This document shows positions 59,738-64,000 of a stretch of 64,000 nt of DNA, piece after piece. The position numbers were made by a program, and so were the translations under genes. The DNA is from an uncultured delta proteobacterium. Lineage in GTDB: Bacteria > Myxococcota > Myxococcia > SLRQ01. Numbering within the stretch: the first letter of the stretch is position 1; each line of letters opens with the position of its first letter. The notes beneath the pieces are model-generated. The model saw only the letters and a list, made by a program, of their open reading frames with translations, was not told where the DNA came from and searched no databases. The stretch is taken from positions 736,001-800,000 of the forward strand of contig CAVSGM010000011.1 of assembly GCA_963727485.1 (NCBI GenBank), written 5' to 3'.

Positions 59738-62201
59738 TCACCAGAACAGGTGCACGGTGAGCTTCCGGCTCGAAGACGAAGAGCCGGTCGTCAGCGATGA
59801 CACGGTGCCGGTGCCGTCGGCGACATCGAGCTGGCCGTCGCCGGTGACGTAGGCGACGGCGGTGCGGCTCCCGGCGTCCACGGTGGCGCAGGGGGCCACC
59901 GGGGTGGCGGCGTCGCAGGCAGTGAGCGCGGCGCCGTTCCACGAGAGGCTCGCCCCCGCCCCGGGCGCCGCCGAGGGCGTCAGGGCGTAGGTGTCGCCGC
60001 CGCGCCCGGTGAACGACCCGTCGGCGCCGAGGTAGGCCCACACCGTCCGGTCGAGGCCCACATCCGAGAGGTGGGTCACCGAGGGGCCGCCGGTCTTCGC
60101 CAGGGTGTCCACGCCGCCCGGGGGCAGGAGGACGAGCACGGTCCCGGTGCGGGCGTAGACCGGGATCTCGCCGAGGGGATCGGCGACGCTCCGGATGGTG
60201 GGGCCCACCACGGGCGTGCCGCCGGCGAGCGGGATCCAGGTGTCGGCCGGGAAGTAGACGGCGCGCGAGGTCTCGCCCCCGGTGAGCACCGGCGCCACCA
60301 GCAGGTCCGGGCCCAACAGGTACTCGTCGGTGATGCCCCAGGCCTTCCCGTCGGCGGGGTAGTCGAGGCCGAGGCCGCGCATGATGGGCGCTCCGGTCCT
60401 CGCCGCCAGGCGCGCCTGGGCCTCGAGGTAGGGGAAGAGGCGGGTGTGGAGGACGGCGTAGCGCTTCCACAGGGCCAGGGTCTCGGCGTCGGAGTCGAAG
60501 GCCCAGTTGGCGTGGGCCTCGCGGCCGTGGTGGGTGCGCATGATCGGCGAGAAGGCGCCCACCGGGGCCCAGCGGAAGAAGAGCGCCTTGGTGCTGGTGG
60601 CGTTGCTGCCCGAGTAGTACCCGGCGATGTCCGAGCCGTAGTAGGGCATCCCCGCGACCCCGAGGCCGATGCCGATGGGCACCACCGTGGGCAGGCCGTC
60701 GGTGGGGTCGAAGTCGGTGGTCTGGTCGCCGCCCCAGACCACCTGGTGGCCGATGCCCTGGCTGCCGGTGTACCCCGAGCGCACGAAGTCGAGGCGCTCC
60801 ACGCCGTCGGTGCGCTTGGAGAACACCGAGTCGTTGAGCTGCTGCCACAGCACCGGGTAGCGCTGGTGGAGGTCGAGGCCGCTGCCGCCCTTCATCACCG
60901 CGTCGGTGGGGAGCCACTCGCCGTAGTCGGCCATCCACCCGTCGAAGCCGAGGTCCAGGCAGCCGTTGAGGTAGCCGGCCATCCAGTCGCGCGCCGCGGG
61001 GTTGGTCAGGTCGACCATGGAGGTCGGGCGAAAGGTCACGCCCTGGAAGAGGTAGGGCTGCCCGGTGTCGTCGTCGATGAGGTAGCCGCCGGAGGTCGCG
61101 GCGTCGTAGTGGTCGTCGCCCTGGGCCACGAAGGTGTTGAAGTAGGCCATCCACTTGAAGCCCGCGGCGTGGAGGTCCGAGGCCACCTGCTCGGCGTCGG
61201 GGTAGAGGGTGCGGTCGATGGTCCAGTTCTGGTCCAGGGAGTAGCCGGTCTTGCCGTTGTCGTGGCCGCCGCCCCAGTCCTCGGTCCAGAATCATCGACG
61301 AGGGGATGTGGTGGGCGCGCAGCTCGTCGGCCACCCGGCGCACGTTCGCCGAGCCGAAGACCGCGTCGTTCCACGGCGCGAAGGTGAAGTCCGGGGGCAC
61401 GGTGGCCCGGCCCACCAGGTCCGAGTGCGCCTCGAGCACCTTCAGGGGCGTGGCCCCGAAGAAGAGGTGGAAGGTGAGGGTGCCGTCCCAGTTCTCCACC
61501 CGGATGGCGCCCGGATCGTCGGAGCACATGTGGAAGAGGCTCCGGTGGTCGGTGTCGGCCATCAGCCCGAAGTCCCGGCTGGAGACGAAGAAGGGCACCG
61601 GGAAGTAGCTGGAGTGGCGGGTGCCCTCGAGGAACCAGTCGCTGGGGTAGTCGTCGGTGGTCGACTTGTAGATGCCCTGCTCGCTGACCCACACCGGCAC
61701 CGTGTAGCCCCGGTGGTCCACGTCGAAGCTCTGGGCCCCGAAGCCCATGAAGTGCTCGTCGCCGTGGCAGGCGAAGGCGACCCGCGCCCGGGTCGCCCCC
61801 GGGGAGGTGACCGTGACCTTCAGGACTCCGCCCGTGGTGGCGGTGATGGCGCCGGTGCCCCCGCCGCTCGGGCCCACCAGGTCGAAGCGCAGGGTGTCGC
61901 CGTCCAGCCTCACGTTCTTGAAGGCGGTGACCTGCGTCCACGGCCCCGGGTGGTCGGTGATCTTGAAGCTCCCGTAGAGCATCTCGTAGGCGGCCTTCCC
62001 GGTGGAGAAGGCGACGCCGCCGGGCAGGCCGTCGAGGAGCACCGTGCCGTCCGGGGCGACGAAGCGCAGGTGGGCCGGGGAGGCGGTGACCTGCACGGTG
62101 ACCCCGCCGAGGACGTAGGGGCCGGGCTTCGGCTTCGAGGGCCCGCAGGCGGCGAGGGCGAGGGCGAGGAGGGCGGGGAAGAGAGACCGGCGTCGACCCA
62201 T
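59738..62201 (-). CDS. GH31 glycoside hydrolase lipoprotein, YihQ-like; frameshift ~61291
   Basis: LAAC lipobox, VSEQG, WMADYGE, WGGDQ, SDIAGY, MRTH, YLLGPDLLVAP. Confidence 0.9.
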
Positions 62202-62246
62202 GGGGGGAGGATACCAGTGGCCGCCTCGCCGGATCTCCGCCCGGGG

Positions 62247-63935
62247 TCAGGGCGTGGACACGAAGCGCCCGTCGAAGCCCAGCGGCGCCGGGATGCGCCC
62301 GTCGGTCTGGAAGGTCACCTGCTTCGCCCCGGCGGGCAGCGACAGGCGCTTGGCGGTGAGCCCGTGGCCCGCCTGGACGTCGAGGAGCACCTGGCCGCCG
62401 GCGCGCACCACGAAGTGGGTCGGCGCGTGGCCGCCGTCGGCGACGCCGTACACCAGGGACACGGCCCGGGCGCCGGCGGGGACGCCGAAGGAGATGGCGC
62501 GGGTGCGGCCGGTGGGGCTCGGCGAGAGGTGGATGACGTCCTTCGGCCGGCCCTGGAAGCGCAGCCGGTACCAGGGGGCGACGCCGGTCATCAGGTCGCC
62601 GCGGCCCTGGTCGAAGTGGGCGCACTCCCAGCTCCAGGTCTTGTTGTTGAAGTAGTCGCAGGGGATGTCGCCGAGCATCACCTTGGACTGGCGCAGGCGC
62701 TGGACGAAGGTGGTCGGCGGCCCGGCGACCAGGCGGCGCACGGTGCCCACCGCGATCAGGGCGATGACCAGGCCCAGGGCGAGGCGTCCCCAGTGGACGC
62801 GCACCTGGCGCGTCGGGGTCGGGTCCGGGTCGCGCTTCAGGGCCAGGGCCGCGGCGGCCAGCGGGACGGCGAGGCCCAACGTGGGCAGGAGGAAGGCGAT
62901 GCGGAACCACTGGAACGAGGCGTGGAAGACCACCGGCGCCGCGGCCCCGAGGCCCAGCGCCGCCGCCTCCGCCCACTTTCGCCGCCAGGCGAGGATGGCG
63001 AGGCCGGCGACGGCGAGGAGCACCACCGGCCACTTCGCCACCAGGCCGTCCGGGCCGCCGACCACGCGCACCAGGTCGGGCCAGAGGCGCGCCCAGTGGA
63101 AGTCGGTGGCGTGGTCGTGGATCGACTGCACCCCGTTGACCATCACCAGGGTGCGGCTGTAGCCGGTGATCCAGGGCCGCCCGAACATGAAGGTGTTGAT
63201 GGCGGCGAACACCGCCACCGGCCCGATGCCCCCGGCGGCGGCGCGCAGGAGGTCCCGGGGACGCCGGCGCAGGAGGAACACCAGCGCGATGGCCGGGATG
63301 TAGAGGACCACGGTGAGCTTGGCGAGGATCCCCACCCCGAGGATGAGCCCCGAGGCGAAGGCCCGCCTGCGGAACGCGGCGTCGAAGGCCGCCAGCGTGA
63401 TCACCGTGTAGAAGATGTCGTTGGAGAGCTCGAAGGCCTGGGCGGTGAACACCGGGGCCGCGGCGAGCAGGCAGGCCACGAGCAGCGCCACCGGCCTGGG
63501 CGCCACCTGCTCGGCGAGGCGGAACGCCAGGACCGGGATGAGGATCCACCCGATGAGGTTGAAGATCAGGCTCCCCCAGGCGCCGAAGGCGAAGAGGAAC
63601 GGGAGCATGGTGAAGGGCAGGAGGATCGGGTGCTTGGGCCACCAGGTCTTCCCGTCGCGGCCGAGCGCCACGTTGGACCAGGCGGCGTCGAGGTTCCGGT
63701 TCCAGCCCAGGTCCTTGGTGTACCAGGACCGCGGGTGGATGTGGTTCTGCACCAGGGTGTGGTGCTCGAGGAGCCCCCGCGAGACCTCGTAGTAGAAGGT
63801 TCCGTCGCCCACCAGCCAGTCGTTGGGCTGCCACACCTTCGCCAGGTGCGCGCCGCCGAAGAGGGCGGCCACCAAGAGGAGCACCGCGAGGTGCCAGCCC
63901 CGGGAGGGGCCCGTGGGCTCGGCGGGCTCGGTCAC
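62247..63935 (-). CDS. GT-C fold membrane glycosyltransferase with C-terminal soluble domain
   Basis: GDGTFY, KHP, ND, AK pattern; about 10 TM. Confidence 0.65.
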   Translation of the reverse strand: MTEPAEPTGPSRGWHLAVLLLVAALFGGAHLAKVWQPNDWLVGDGTFYYEVSRGLLEHHTLVQNHIHPRSWYTKDLGWNRNLDAAWSNVALGRDGKTWWPKHPILLPFTMLPFLFAFGAWGSLIFNLIGWILIPVLAFRLAEQVAPRPVALLVACLLAAAPVFTAQAFELSNDIFYTVITLAAFDAAFRRRAFASGLILGVGILAKLTVVLYIPAIALVFLLRRRPRDLLRAAAGGIGPVAVFAAINTFMFGRPWITGYSRTLVMVNGVQSIHDHATDFHWARLWPDLVRVVGGPDGLVAKWPVVLLAVAGLAILAWRRKWAEAAALGLGAAAPVVFHASFQWFRIAFLLPTLGLAVPLAAAALALKRDPDPTPTRQVRVHWGRLALGLVIALIAVGTVRRLVAGPPTTFVQRLRQSKVMLGDIPCDYFNNKTWSWECAHFDQGRGDLMTGVAPWYRLRFQGRPKDVIHLSPSPTGRTRAISFGVPAGARAVSLVYGVADGGHAPTHFVVRAGGQVLLDVQAGHGLTAKRLSLPAGAKQVTFQTDGRIPAPLGFDGRFVSTP

Positions 63936-64000
63936 GCGCGGTCGACGCGGAGGAGGTGGGCGCCGAGGAGGACCAGGTCTCCCGCCTTGAGGCGGGTGGT
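63932..64000 (-). CDS. 3' end of an upstream gene, possibly an FHA domain
   Basis: RLKAGDLVLLGAHLLRV then TGA overlapping the next GTG. Confidence 0.4.
   Translation of the reverse strand, partial: TTRLKAGDLVLLGAHLLRVDRA

Overview
Very GC-rich bacterial DNA, most likely Myxococcota/deltaproteobacterial (inferred from the lid-less Hsp70/J-protein/CvpA/Cys-less amidotransferase block, RpoH-like sigma, Flp pilin and split nuo operon). It holds about 60 genes: speA, a Chp/Pil-type chemosensory operon, an Hsp70 cluster, rsgA, a TetR-hydrolase pair with a clear operator, an ECF/anti-sigma/MacAB module, an osmoprotectant ABC transporter, nuoABCD-G-HI, tRNA-Met, a diadenylate cyclase, dksA, a GH31 and GT-C glycosyltransferases. 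The strongest candidate for a new system is at 41066-48187: a Cyc2-like monoheme cytochrome-porin plus two type-1-copper (cupredoxin-like) exported proteins. They sit behind a near-consensus sigma-54 promoter with two TCGCA-N4-TGCGR palindromes, next to an NtrC-type activator and a Cys-rich PAS kinase, which suggests a regulated outer-membrane electron-transfer (possibly Fe(II)-oxidising) module. About 11 genes carry frameshifts. Six are the same GATC->GAATC/GATTC insertion, which points to a methylation-linked long-read error rather than pseudogenisation. The first 2 kb has two ~130 bp direct repeats bracketing a gene fragment and a perfect palindrome, probably a mobile-element scar. All calls come from motif reading only; no database searches were run.
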